From an uncultured Gemmatimonadales bacterium (lineage in GTDB: Bacteria > Gemmatimonadota > Gemmatimonadetes > Gemmatimonadales > Gemmatimonadaceae), in NCBI GenBank assembly GCA_963850905.1, contig CAWKMU010000003.1, positions 416,001 to 480,000 of the forward strand: a stretch of 64,000 nt of DNA, given 5' to 3'. Each line of letters begins with the position of its first letter. Within the stretch, counting starts at the first letter, position 1. The position numbers were made by a program, and so were the translations under genes. Positions 37,317-46,722 of this stretch are shown piece after piece. The notes beneath the pieces are model-generated. The model did not search any database. It was not told the DNA's origin and saw only the letters and a program-made list of their open reading frames with translations.

Positions 37317-39954
37317 TGGCGGCCGCGGCGCGGCCGCGGACGATCCCCTCCACGACGCGCGCGGGGTCGAAGTACTGGGCCGCGACGCGCGCCACGTCGG
37401 CTGTCGTCACGGCTCGCACGCGCGAGGCGTAGCTGTCGATCTCGCCCAGGCCTCCTCCGACCATCCAGGCGTCGAGCATTTCGGCGAGCATCGCTCCGCC
37501 GCTCTGGCGGCTGATCGCGTGCGTGCCGACCGCATACGCCTGCGCGCGGGTCAGCTCATCCTGCGTCACGCCACGGTCCGCCAGCCGCTCGAACTCGTGC
37601 AAGAGCCCGTCGCGCGCCGTTTCCTCCTTGTCGGGTGAGGTCGCGATATACCCCACGAACATGCCGGCGATCGCACGCTCGACAGCAAACGCGTGGACGG
37701 TGTACGCGAGCGATCGACGATCGCGCAGCTCGTCGAAAAATCGCCCTCCCAGACCGCTCGAGACGCCCGCGATGAGCTGTGCCACGAACCGGTCGCCGTC
37801 TCCCCGCGCCGGCGCAGGAAAGGCCAGGGCGATCGCCGTCTGCGACTTGTCACGAGGCTCGCTCCGGGCCGTCGAGGTCCCGGGCCAGCGCGGCGGCGCC
37901 ACGGACGCGGGATCGCGGAAGCGCACACGACTCAGTGCTTCGCCCATCCGCGTCGCGACTTCGTCGCAGTCGCCGTCCGTGACGATGCCCACCGCGACAG
38001 GCGCGTCGAGCATTCGCTCCGCGTGCCACGCGCGGACCTCATCGACCGTCAGCATCGGTAGCGACCGCTCCGATCCGATCGGGTGGTGCCCGTACGGGTG
38101 ATCGCCGTAGGCAGCTTGGGTCGCGAGGCGAAGCGGGAAGCGATACATGTCATCGTGCAGATTCGCCAGCTCGACCAGCGCCAGCGTGCGCTCTGTCTCG
38201 ATCGTCGAGGGACTGAGCGCCGGCTCCAGCACGACATCCGCGAGCAGCTGCAGCGCCTCCATCGTGTGCGCACGCGGCACCGAGATCATCCATCCGAACG
38301 AGTCGCTACCGACACTGCCGCCCAGGCTGCCGCCCAGCATCTCCACCGCGTCGGCTAGCTGCGGAGGGGATCGACCCGCCGCGCCTTTGACGGCGCTCCG
38401 AACGACCAGTGACGTGAGACCGCCCCGGTCGGCGCGCTCATCCCGCACCCCGCCGATCGCCAGTACGCACGCGTGCGTCATCTGGCCGCCCGCCTTTCGG
38501 CGGACGAGAATCGGCACCCCGTTCGGCGTACGGTAGACACGCACGCCGCTCTCCTCTCGTTCCGCCACGAGGCGACGCCGACGCGCCCCAGACGCTGGCG
38601 TGGCAGTGCCCGGGGTGATTGCGGGCACCAGCTCGATCGCCGCATCGCGGGACGTCACGAGCTCGGGAGCGCTGCTCGCCAACTCGGCAGTCTCGTGAGG
38701 ACGATACACCACGGCGGCGACCCCCGCGTCCCCCAAGTATTGGCGCACCGCATTCGTGACTTCGGCCGGCGTGGCCGCCAGTGCGCGCTCGAGATAGCGA
38801 TCCCCGAGTCCCGCATCGCCGAGCGCTTGCCAGTCCGCCAAGTACGACGCCTGGCCTTCCATGGACTCGCTCCGGCGTACCCAGCGCGCTTCGAGCAGCC
38901 GCTGCGCGCGCAACAGCTCGCGCCCGTCGACGCCCGTATCGCGCAGCTGCGCGATTTCGGCCCAGATCGTTCGTGCAGCCTCACCAGCACGCTCCGGCGG
39001 GCACTCGGCGTGGACCACAAACACCCCGAGCTCCGTGGGGGTGTAATTGGAGGCGGTCGCAGACGACGCCAGTCGCCGCTCGCGGACGCCGCGATACAGC
39101 CGCGATCCGCGGCCCGCACCCAGCAGCATCGCGGCAAGATCGAGGAGCGGCGTGTCGGGATGCAGGGTTGGGACGGTGCGCCACCCTAGCACGAGCTGCG
39201 TTTCGATGATGTCGCCGCTCCACTCGCGATACCGCGGTCGGTCGAGACGGCCTTGCTCGGCCGGCCCCGGCGAGCGAGAGACCGGTCGATCAGCAAGCGC
39301 GCCGTACTCCGCCTCGACGCGATGATGGACGTCGTCGACGTCGACATCGCCCACGATGCTGAGAATGGTGTTGCCGGGCTGGTAAAAGTTGCGATAGAAG
39401 CCGACGACCCGATCGCGCGTAAACGTGCGCAAGGCATCCGGCCGCCCCATCCGCCACCGCCGCATGCGGTGCCGGTCGTACAGCAGCGCGTAGAGGCCCT
39501 CGCCCGCCAGCGCCGACGGCGCATCCTCCTTGCGTCGCACTTCCTGCACGATCACTTCGATCTCTTTGGCCAGCTCGCCGGCATCGATCGCGGAGTTCGC
39601 ATAGGCATCCGCCTGTATGGCCAGCGCCTCGTTGAATCCCGCGGACGGGACGACCGTGTAGTAGCTCGTGTGATCGTAGATCGTGTGCGCGTTGAGATAG
39701 CCGCCCGTCGCTTTGGTGGCGCGCGCGATCTCGCCCACGCCGCGCGTCGGCGTACCCTTGAAGTACATGTGCTCGAGGACGTGCGCGATGCCGACGGCTT
39801 CGTCGGTCTCATCGAAGTAGCCGGCCCGGACATGCGTCACGATCGCCACCACTGGCGCGGTGCGATCGCGCCGCACCAGCACCGTCAGGCCATTGGACAG
39901 CCGACTCGTGACAACAGGCGGCGCGGACGCCGATGCGCCGCCCACGCCGGTCAC
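37276..39954 (-). CDS. M16 family (pitrilysin-like) zinc peptidase, single-chain
   Basis: GIAHVLEHMYFKGT (HxxEH), LNAHT, C-half ELRDRRSLAY. Confidence 0.9.
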   Translation of the reverse strand: MTGVGGASASAPPVVTSRLSNGLTVLVRRDRTAPVVAIVTHVRAGYFDETDEAVGIAHVLEHMYFKGTPTRGVGEIARATKATGGYLNAHTIYDHTSYYTVVPSAGFNEALAIQADAYANSAIDAGELAKEIEVIVQEVRRKEDAPSALAGEGLYALLYDRHRMRRWRMGRPDALRTFTRDRVVGFYRNFYQPGNTILSIVGDVDVDDVHHRVEAEYGALADRPVSRSPGPAEQGRLDRPRYREWSGDIIETQLVLGWRTVPTLHPDTPLLDLAAMLLGAGRGSRLYRGVRERRLASSATASNYTPTELGVFVVHAECPPERAGEAARTIWAEIAQLRDTGVDGRELLRAQRLLEARWVRRSESMEGQASYLADWQALGDAGLGDRYLERALAATPAEVTNAVRQYLGDAGVAAVVYRPHETAELASSAPELVTSRDAAIELVPAITPGTATPASGARRRRLVAEREESGVRVYRTPNGVPILVRRKAGGQMTHACVLAIGGVRDERADRGGLTSLVVRSAVKGAAGRSPPQLADAVEMLGGSLGGSVGSDSFGWMISVPRAHTMEALQLLADVVLEPALSPSTIETERTLALVELANLHDDMYRFPLRLATQAAYGDHPYGHHPIGSERSLPMLTVDEVRAWHAERMLDAPVAVGIVTDGDCDEVATRMGEALSRVRFRDPASVAPPRWPGTSTARSEPRDKSQTAIALAFPAPARGDGDRFVAQLIAGVSSGLGGRFFDELRDRRSLAYTVHAFAVERAIAGMFVGYIATSPDKEETARDGLLHEFERLADRGVTQDELTRAQAYAVGTHAISRQSGGAMLAEMLDAWMVGGGLGEIDSYASRVRAVTTADVARVAAQYFDPARVVEGIVRGRAAAAINPAALAAPAPLA

Positions 39955-41057
39955 CGCACGATGCGCAACAAGCCGGCGTCGGCGCTGCCGCGGATGAAGC
40001 TCTCGGCGTCACACGTCGGGATGTGGATACCCGTAGCCGACAATCCCCGGCGCGCCTCGATGAGCATGAACTCGGCCACGGACGACTTGCCGGCATCGTC
40101 GGACGTATCGCGCATCTCGGACACGATTTCGTCCCACGTGCCGACGTACTCCCGACCATCGCGCTCGACCTGGTGAGAATCCGTGTCGCGCTTCGCTGCG
40201 AGATCCGTGAGCAGCGCACCGAACAGCTCCAGCTGATGCCGGGCTTCATTCTGCGCTTCGTCCGCCGCCTTCTGCTCGATCTCCGCCAACATCTCGTCAA
40301 TGTCGTCCGCGTCGCCCGACAGCTCCGCGAGTCGCGCATCCCATGGGCGCAGCTCCGGGTCGTCGTCCGCCAGTCGGTACACGCTCTTCTTGAGCTCCAC
40401 GAGCCGCCAGATCCCAAGCTCGTCCCAGTGATCGTCCGGTGACGTCTGATCGAGGTGATACAACGCCGCCTCGTACTCCCCACGATCGTACAGGATGTTG
40501 CCGAGATACACGCGCGCCTCGCTGTGATCGCTATCCAGCTGCAGCGCACGCCGCAACGTGGCGACCGCCTTGTCATCCTCACCCATGCGATGCTGCGCGT
40601 AGCCGATGCACGCGACTGCCTCGGCAGAGTCGGGCACCTGTTGCACCGCGATGTCGAAAAACTCGCGGGCGTCTTCGATCAGGCCCTCGCGAAACAGTGC
40701 GCGTCCCACCTGCAGCATCAGCTCGACGTCGTCGCGATAACCGAGCTCGAGAATGCGGCGGAAGTTCTTGAGCGCCGCCGGGTGCTGGCCGAACTTGAGC
40801 AGCGTCTCGCCAATCCCGGCGAGTGCATCCTCGTGCTCGGGATCCAGGACCAGGGCTTCCTCGAAGCTTTTGCGCGCCCAGGCATACTCCTCGCGCGCCA
40901 GCCGGGCGTAGCCAACCCCCACATGGAGCTCCACCGCGTTGGGATAGAGCGTGAGTCCCTCCCGGAGTACATCGAGCGCCTCATCATAGTGCCCTTCGTT
41001 GTACAGTTGGTGCGCTCGTTCATCGTACTCTTCGGAACTCAGAAATGGGGTCGGCAT
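39951..41057 (-). CDS. Tetratricopeptide repeat protein
   Basis: Repeated A..G/ALxLDP TPR units; overlaps the M16 start (GTGA). Confidence 0.85.
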   Translation of the reverse strand: MPTPFLSSEEYDERAHQLYNEGHYDEALDVLREGLTLYPNAVELHVGVGYARLAREEYAWARKSFEEALVLDPEHEDALAGIGETLLKFGQHPAALKNFRRILELGYRDDVELMLQVGRALFREGLIEDAREFFDIAVQQVPDSAEAVACIGYAQHRMGEDDKAVATLRRALQLDSDHSEARVYLGNILYDRGEYEAALYHLDQTSPDDHWDELGIWRLVELKKSVYRLADDDPELRPWDARLAELSGDADDIDEMLAEIEQKAADEAQNEARHQLELFGALLTDLAAKRDTDSHQVERDGREYVGTWDEIVSEMRDTSDDAGKSSVAEFMLIEARRGLSATGIHIPTCDAESFIRGSADAGLLRIVR

Positions 41058-41092
41058 ATCTCCGGAAACCTCCATCGCGTGAGGGTCTGCCT

Positions 41093-41122
41093 ATTGTACC
41101 ATTGCAACACGCCTGAGTTCAA
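41093..41122 (-). promoter_or_regulatory. Sigma70-type promoter for the TPR-M16 operon
   Basis: Minus strand TTGAAC-18 nt-TACAAT with extended -10 TG. Confidence 0.5.
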
Positions 41123-41333
41123 CAGGCCGCGACGTCGCCGCCGGCTCCAACCCTCCTGGAGAAACGTATACGAGCGTTTTTGGTGCCACGCGCCCGTTTG
41201 GGGGCGTGGTCGCCCCATATATAAGTTAGACGCACCGATGCGCCCGCGATCACACGGGGGCGTCCGACGGCCTGACGACACCGGCAGATGGACACGGGTC
41301 ACCGGCTGCACGCGTGGCCCGGTGGATCGGCGG

Positions 41334-41358
41334 GTAGGGGCGACGCAATGCGTCGCCC
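41334..41358 (+). repeat. GTAG-type REP
   Basis: GTAGGGGCGACGCAATGCGTCGCCC preceded by ATCGGCGG as in the 2987 and 56513 copies. Confidence 0.85.
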
Positions 41359-41415
41359 CTCGGCACCGCGCGCACGACCCTCCTGAAATCGCGGGCGGCA
41401 ATGCATCGCCTCGCA

Positions 41416-43074
41416 TCACGGAAGCGGCGGTGGGGAATTCGTCACGCGGTGAAATTCGGCGTCGGCGTTCCAGGTCGGAAGACCCGGCGCGTTCGCGAGC
41501 TCCGTCCCGAAACCGAGGACGAAATCGGAGAGCTGGACGGCGCCGCGCAGATCGAAGTCCGGGCGATACTCGTCCGACGGTTGGTGGTATCGATGGGCCG
41601 TGTAGTCGTCTTGCTGCTGCATCCCCCAGTCGGCGGGGTGGCCCACGAAGTCGGTGCCCGCCCCGATCGACAAGGCGGGGACCCCCGCCTTCGCGAACGA
41701 GAAATGGTCCGAGCGATAGAAGTGCCCCTGCTCGGGATGCTGCTCCACCCCGATCCGCAGGCCGCGCGCTGCGGCGTATCGCTTGAGGGCTGGACCGAGC
41801 GAGCTCTTATTCGTGCCCAGCACGTCGAGATCGCGGAACCGACCGAGCAGATCGCCGCCGTCAATGTTGAGATTCGCGACTAGGTCGGCCGCGGAGTGAG
41901 GCGGGTGGGACGCGAAGTACGCTGACCCGAGCAGGCCGGACTCCTCTGCCGTGACGAACAGGAACATGAGTGATCGCCGCGGCCGCGGCGAGACGGCCGC
42001 GACTCGCGCCATCGCCAGGACATCGGCGACGCCGGACGCGTTGTCTTCGGCGCCGTTGTAGATCGAGTCGCCGTTGACCGCGGGTCCGATCCCGAGGTGA
42101 TCCCAGTGCGCCGAAAACACCACCGCCTCGTGCGCGACCGCTGGATCGCGACCAGGCACCACGCCGACGACGTTCATCGACTGGAGATGGTCGACCCGGT
42201 TCGAAAAGGCGATATCCACGGCGATACCCGTCGCCGTCGGATGAAATGATCGCGTGGACGCCTGCGAGCGGAGCATGGCGAGATCGAGCCCGGCCTGCGC
42301 GAGCAGCGCCGTCGCCGCACTGTCTGTGATCCACCCTCGCACGCCGAGCGGCGGTGGCAGCGTCGGATCGCGCGGCAGCGCGCGCTGTTCCTTGTCCCAC
42401 GACCCAACCACCGTGTGCCAGGGATACCCGGCGCGCTCGGTCGTGTGGATCACCAACGCACCGGCCGCGCCTCGACGCTCCGCCTCCTCGAACTTGTACG
42501 TCCATCGCCCGTAGTACACCATCGCGCCACCGCCAAACAGCGTCGGCTCGGCCGCAGTCGGCGGTGGATCGTTGACGAGCATCAGGAGGATCTTCCCCCG
42601 AACGTCCACGCCCTTGAAGTCATCCCAGTGATATTCCGGCGCCACGACACCGTACCCCACGAATACCAGCTCGCCAGCCACGTGACTTGCCGCGGTCGCC
42701 GACCCAGCCCAAACGACGATGTCCTCGGGATCACGCAGAGTCGCGGTCGCCTTTCCCGTCGCCACGGCCCGCAGGTGCTGCCGGTCTGCGGTAATCACAT
42801 CGATCGGAACTGCCTGGAAGTAGGAGCCAGTCCATCCCGGCTGCACGCCCTCGCTCTCGAGCGTGCTCGCGATGTAGTCGGCCGCCAGACGACCACCGCG
42901 TGTCGCGGGCGCGCGCCCTTCGAGCGGGTCGGAAGACAAAAACCGGAGATGGGCATCGATTTCTCCCACCGTCTCTCGAGGGGCCGGTGATTGCGCGAAC
43001 GCGGTCACCGGCACGGCGACGACCAGGAGAAGCCACGACAGCCAACGATCGCTACAATTCCGACCGGCGCTCAT
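41416..43074 (-). CDS. M28 family peptidase with PA domain (secreted)
   Basis: SAHWDHLG, NGAEDNASG, TAEESGLLGS, RSDHFSF, YHQPSD. Confidence 0.92.
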   Translation of the reverse strand: MSAGRNCSDRWLSWLLLVVAVPVTAFAQSPAPRETVGEIDAHLRFLSSDPLEGRAPATRGGRLAADYIASTLESEGVQPGWTGSYFQAVPIDVITADRQHLRAVATGKATATLRDPEDIVVWAGSATAASHVAGELVFVGYGVVAPEYHWDDFKGVDVRGKILLMLVNDPPPTAAEPTLFGGGAMVYYGRWTYKFEEAERRGAAGALVIHTTERAGYPWHTVVGSWDKEQRALPRDPTLPPPLGVRGWITDSAATALLAQAGLDLAMLRSQASTRSFHPTATGIAVDIAFSNRVDHLQSMNVVGVVPGRDPAVAHEAVVFSAHWDHLGIGPAVNGDSIYNGAEDNASGVADVLAMARVAAVSPRPRRSLMFLFVTAEESGLLGSAYFASHPPHSAADLVANLNIDGGDLLGRFRDLDVLGTNKSSLGPALKRYAAARGLRIGVEQHPEQGHFYRSDHFSFAKAGVPALSIGAGTDFVGHPADWGMQQQDDYTAHRYHQPSDEYRPDFDLRGAVQLSDFVLGFGTELANAPGLPTWNADAEFHRVTNSPPPLP

Positions 43075-43194
43075 CGGGCCTATCTTAGCATGCGGCGCGA
43101 GACGCTGCATGCTGCCACGGGGGGCTTGCTTTGTAGCGCGGTCCTTGCGATAGACGAGCCACTGCTCTTCCATCACCCTCAAGGGGGATCGACC

Positions 43195-43701
43195 ATGTAC
43201 GTACCGTCCCGCTCACAGCACGCAGTGATGGTCTTCGCCGTGTTGCCTCTCCTGTTGCTCGCGCGACCGGCCACGGCTCAGACCAGCGCTGTGAGCAACA
43301 CGGGCGACAACTCGTCCTCCAGCGCGTCGCAGCTGTCGGCCGTGCCGATCACCGCGCCGGTCATGGTGGAGACGCCGGATGCGACCGTCCAGGCGCCCGC
43401 TCCCCAGCTCGACGCCGATCCCATCCCATCAGCCCCGCCCATCGAGGCATCGTCGGACGCGGGACCAACGTCCACATCCGCCACCGCCGGGATCCGCGCC
43501 CACTCGTCGACGCTCACGCGCCAACAGTTGGCTGATCGCGCCACCGCCGCGCACGGAGGCTTTGGCACCGACGGCGTCCTCATGATCGTCGGCGGTGCAG
43601 GGTTCATCGCCGGCCTGATCATCGGCGGTGGAGCGGGCACCGCCATCGCGATTGCGGGAGCCGTCATGGCACTCTACGGCCTATATCTCTATCTTCGCTG
43701 A
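43195..43701 (+). CDS. Hypothetical exported protein with C-terminal Gly-rich TM hairpin
   Basis: GGGGGA RBS, signal peptide ATA|Q, low-complexity linker, two hydrophobic helices. Confidence 0.7.
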   Translation: MYVPSRSQHAVMVFAVLPLLLLARPATAQTSAVSNTGDNSSSSASQLSAVPITAPVMVETPDATVQAPAPQLDADPIPSAPPIEASSDAGPTSTSATAGIRAHSSTLTRQQLADRATAAHGGFGTDGVLMIVGGAGFIAGLIIGGGAGTAIAIAGAVMALYGLYLYLR

Positions 43702-43800
43702 TCACAACGACTTACATAACACTGACCAGGGTAGTTTCCACCCCACCCGAACGTCGCGGGAGCCCGTTGCTGGGTCGTTCGTTCAGGCGTCTTGGTCTAT

Positions 43801-45426
43801 ATGGCGCGGACCCTGCCGGACGAACCCAATCGGGTCCACCACGTCTTCAGCCTCGGCGCCAAGATCGTGACGGCATGTGCGGCGCTGGCGACCGTTTTGG
43901 GCTACGTGCACAGTGTCGGTCTTGACGGGTCGGCGACTCGCCGGACCGTCGGCACGTTCGGCGCAACGTGGATCGGGCTCACGCCCGCTGTCGACACAAT
44001 GTGGGCGTTGGGTGACACCCTGCACCTGGCTGCCACCGTCACCGACCGGCACGGGACCGCGCTCGTGGGCGCCACCATCGTCTGGAGCTCGAGCGATTCG
44101 AACGTCGTGACCGTCGCGGACGGTCAGGTGGTCGCGCGGCGTCCCGGCGCGGCGACCATCGTGTCGGCCGTCGGTGAGCTGGTGGCACGATCGGGCGTCG
44201 TGGTCCGGCCACGCATCGCGGCGCTGCACCTCGCCAGTGACAGTGCAGTCGAAGTTCCGGAAGGTGCGACCCGCACGGTGTCACTGCGCGGCACGGACGC
44301 TCGTGGGCACGTCCTGGGATTTGGCGACCAACGCGTGACGTGGCGCAGTGGCGACACGCTGGTAGCGGTCGTCGACACCACCGGCGCGCTCACTGGCGTA
44401 GCGGCTGGCCGGACGACCGTGGCCGCATCCGCCGCAGGAGTGTCGGCACAGATGCTCGTGACTGTGGTCGCCGAACCGGGCGCGTTGAGCGTCGCGAGCG
44501 GCGCCGGTCAGGACGCACCGGCAGGCACGACGCTCCCCGTGCCCGTCGTCGTGCGGCTCGTCTCGCAGCGCGGACGTCCGCTGAACGGCGTGCTGGTGCG
44601 ATTTCGGCGCCTGGATGGCGGAGGCGCAGCCGACGTCGCGTCTGCAACGACTGATCATGACGGGCGCGCGCACGTCTACTGGCGGCTGGGAGATTTCCCC
44701 GGGCGGCAGCGATTGGTAGCGGCGGTCGACGGTCTCGATAGCGCCGCGACCGCCGTCGCCGAAGCGGAGCCTGTCGCAGCGAACACGCGGATTATGTTGC
44801 TGCACGATGCGCAGAATGGACCGATCGCGACGAAGTTGGAGGAACCGGTCGGGATCCGCCTCGCAGATTCGAGCGGCCGCCCCCTGGTCGACGTTCCCGT
44901 CCGTTGGGAGACGGTCGACAGCGGCAAGGTGTCGGCCGCAGCAACGCGGTCGGATTCGCTCGGTGAGGCGCAGGCTACGTGGGTGCTCGGACCGGTCGCG
45001 GGACGTCAGCGTCTGCGCGTGTCGGTCGGGAACGGACGCCTCGTGAAGCCGGCGCTCATTCGGGCGGTCGCCGCACCCGGTCCCGCCGCGTCGATTCACG
45101 TCATGGCCGGCGCTGCGCAGCACGGCTCGAGCGGTTCGGTCCTGCCCAAGCCCATCGCGCTGCGGATCTCTGATGCCGCGGGCAACGCGGTCCCCGACGT
45201 CCGTGTCGCGCTGGCCCTCTCGGGCGGCACCGTCCCGGACAGCGCTCCGACCACGGACTCGCTCGGGTACGTCAAGGCCAAATGGACGCTACCTGAGACC
45301 GACCATGCCGGCACGTTGCATTTGCAGGCCCGCGTCGATGGCATAGTCAAAACAGCCGACGTGATCGCCAATGTCCTCGCCAAGCCACAGAGGACGTCGA
45401 CGCCCGCGCACCACCGACGCACGTGA
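43801..45426 (+). CDS. Bacterial Ig-like domain protein (Big_2/Big_1-like repeats)
   Basis: WSSSDSNVVTV, WRSGDTLVAVVDTTG, repeated TTD..G.A...W.LG units. Confidence 0.8.
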   Translation: MARTLPDEPNRVHHVFSLGAKIVTACAALATVLGYVHSVGLDGSATRRTVGTFGATWIGLTPAVDTMWALGDTLHLAATVTDRHGTALVGATIVWSSSDSNVVTVADGQVVARRPGAATIVSAVGELVARSGVVVRPRIAALHLASDSAVEVPEGATRTVSLRGTDARGHVLGFGDQRVTWRSGDTLVAVVDTTGALTGVAAGRTTVAASAAGVSAQMLVTVVAEPGALSVASGAGQDAPAGTTLPVPVVVRLVSQRGRPLNGVLVRFRRLDGGGAADVASATTDHDGRAHVYWRLGDFPGRQRLVAAVDGLDSAATAVAEAEPVAANTRIMLLHDAQNGPIATKLEEPVGIRLADSSGRPLVDVPVRWETVDSGKVSAAATRSDSLGEAQATWVLGPVAGRQRLRVSVGNGRLVKPALIRAVAAPGPAASIHVMAGAAQHGSSGSVLPKPIALRISDAAGNAVPDVRVALALSGGTVPDSAPTTDSLGYVKAKWTLPETDHAGTLHLQARVDGIVKTADVIANVLAKPQRTSTPAHHRRT

Positions 45427-45448
45427 TCGCGGTGTCGGTCGAGTCGCT

Positions 45449-46552
45449 ATGAGCGCGCGCGTCGCGGTGGTGCTCGGCGGGGGAGGGCTCAAGGGGTTCG
45501 CGCATATCGGCGTGCTGCGCGCGTTGGCGGAAGCAGGTATCCATCCGTCCGTTTATGCAGGCACGAGCATCGGCGCCCTGATCGCAGCAGCGGCGGCAGC
45601 CGGGATGACGACGGACAGGATGGCGGAGCACGCGCGCCAAGTACAGCGACGAGATCTGTTCCGATTGAACCACTTGGGGATGCTGATTGAGCGGCGTCGC
45701 GTTTCGTCCATCTACGATGGCGGACCGCTGCGGGCGCTCTGCCAGGCCAATGTGCCGGACGGCACGTTCGAGGAGCTGCCCATTCCCGTGCTGGTGAACA
45801 CGTTCGACATCCAGGGTGGCATGCAGGTGGTGTGGGGACTGCCGGGTCTCCGCGACGTCAAGGTTAGCGATGCGGTCTACGCCTCGTGCGCGCTGCCCGG
45901 ATTCTTTCCGCCCGGTCTCGTCGACGGCCGGCTGTGCATCGATGGCGGCACGGTCGACAACCTCCCCGTCCAGATCGCGGCCACCGAGGCCGACGCGATC
46001 ATTGCCGTGGACGTAGGCAGTACTGACCTGACTCACGCCGACGACATTGGACACCAGGGGTTCGCTGCGATCTACATGCGCGCGGCGACGGCAATGATGC
46101 ACGCGCTCCAGCAACAGCCGCTGGCCCGGTGGAAAGAGCCGCCGATGCTGCTCATTCGTCCGCGCGTTGGGCACGTGGGGTGGCTCAGCTTCTCGCACAC
46201 CGATGAGCTCATCGCGGAAGGATACCGGACGGCCCGCGACGCGCTCACGCACTGGAACGAGGTGATCGCGGCGCCAAGCGGCGTGTTCCCACGCCGCATC
46301 GTCCGGGTGCAAGTCGACCAGTCGTTGTGCATCGGGTGCGGCGTCTGCCCCGCCCTGGCCCCGACGACCATGGCTCTCGACGAGACCGGCCACGCATACC
46401 CGCTGGCCGAACGATTCCAATGGTCGCCCGCCGACGGCGACTTCATCGCGCAATGCCCGACCGGCGCACTCTCAGCCGTGACGCTCGAGACCCCGCGTCC
46501 CCGCACCCGGGCGGCGCGAACGATCAAGAAGAGCGAGAGCGTCGGGGATTAG
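45449..46552 (+). CDS. Patatin-like phospholipase with C-terminal ferredoxin domain
   Basis: LGGGGLKG, GTSIG, DGG; C-terminal VDQSLCIGCGVC...QCPTGALS. Confidence 0.88.
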   Translation: MSARVAVVLGGGGLKGFAHIGVLRALAEAGIHPSVYAGTSIGALIAAAAAAGMTTDRMAEHARQVQRRDLFRLNHLGMLIERRRVSSIYDGGPLRALCQANVPDGTFEELPIPVLVNTFDIQGGMQVVWGLPGLRDVKVSDAVYASCALPGFFPPGLVDGRLCIDGGTVDNLPVQIAATEADAIIAVDVGSTDLTHADDIGHQGFAAIYMRAATAMMHALQQQPLARWKEPPMLLIRPRVGHVGWLSFSHTDELIAEGYRTARDALTHWNEVIAAPSGVFPRRIVRVQVDQSLCIGCGVCPALAPTTMALDETGHAYPLAERFQWSPADGDFIAQCPTGALSAVTLETPRPRTRAARTIKKSESVGD

Positions 46553-46558
46553 AACAGC

Positions 46559-46722
46559 AACCACGGGTTTGGGGTCCTGGGGTAAACTGCGACAAACCGC
46601 GAAGGCCAGTCACGGCGCGCCGCGACCGGCCTTGGACCGGTAGGGGCGACGCATTGCGTCGCCCGCCGTTGTCGTTGCGGTTGTTCCCCAAACCACAGAC
46701 CCCAAACCCCAAACCCGCCGTT
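46559..46722. repeat. Composite repeat with GGGGTTT/AAACCCC arm variant and a GTAG REP (46640-46664)
   Basis: Shares CTTGGACCGGTAGGGGCGACGCATTGC..CGCCC..GTTGCGGTTGT core with the 9642 and 58049 copies. Confidence 0.8.

Noticed and set aside
41174..41188. Sigma54-like motif TGGCACCAAAAACGC (minus strand)
   Set aside because: Weak -12 element, and a better sigma70-type promoter lies closer to the TPR gene
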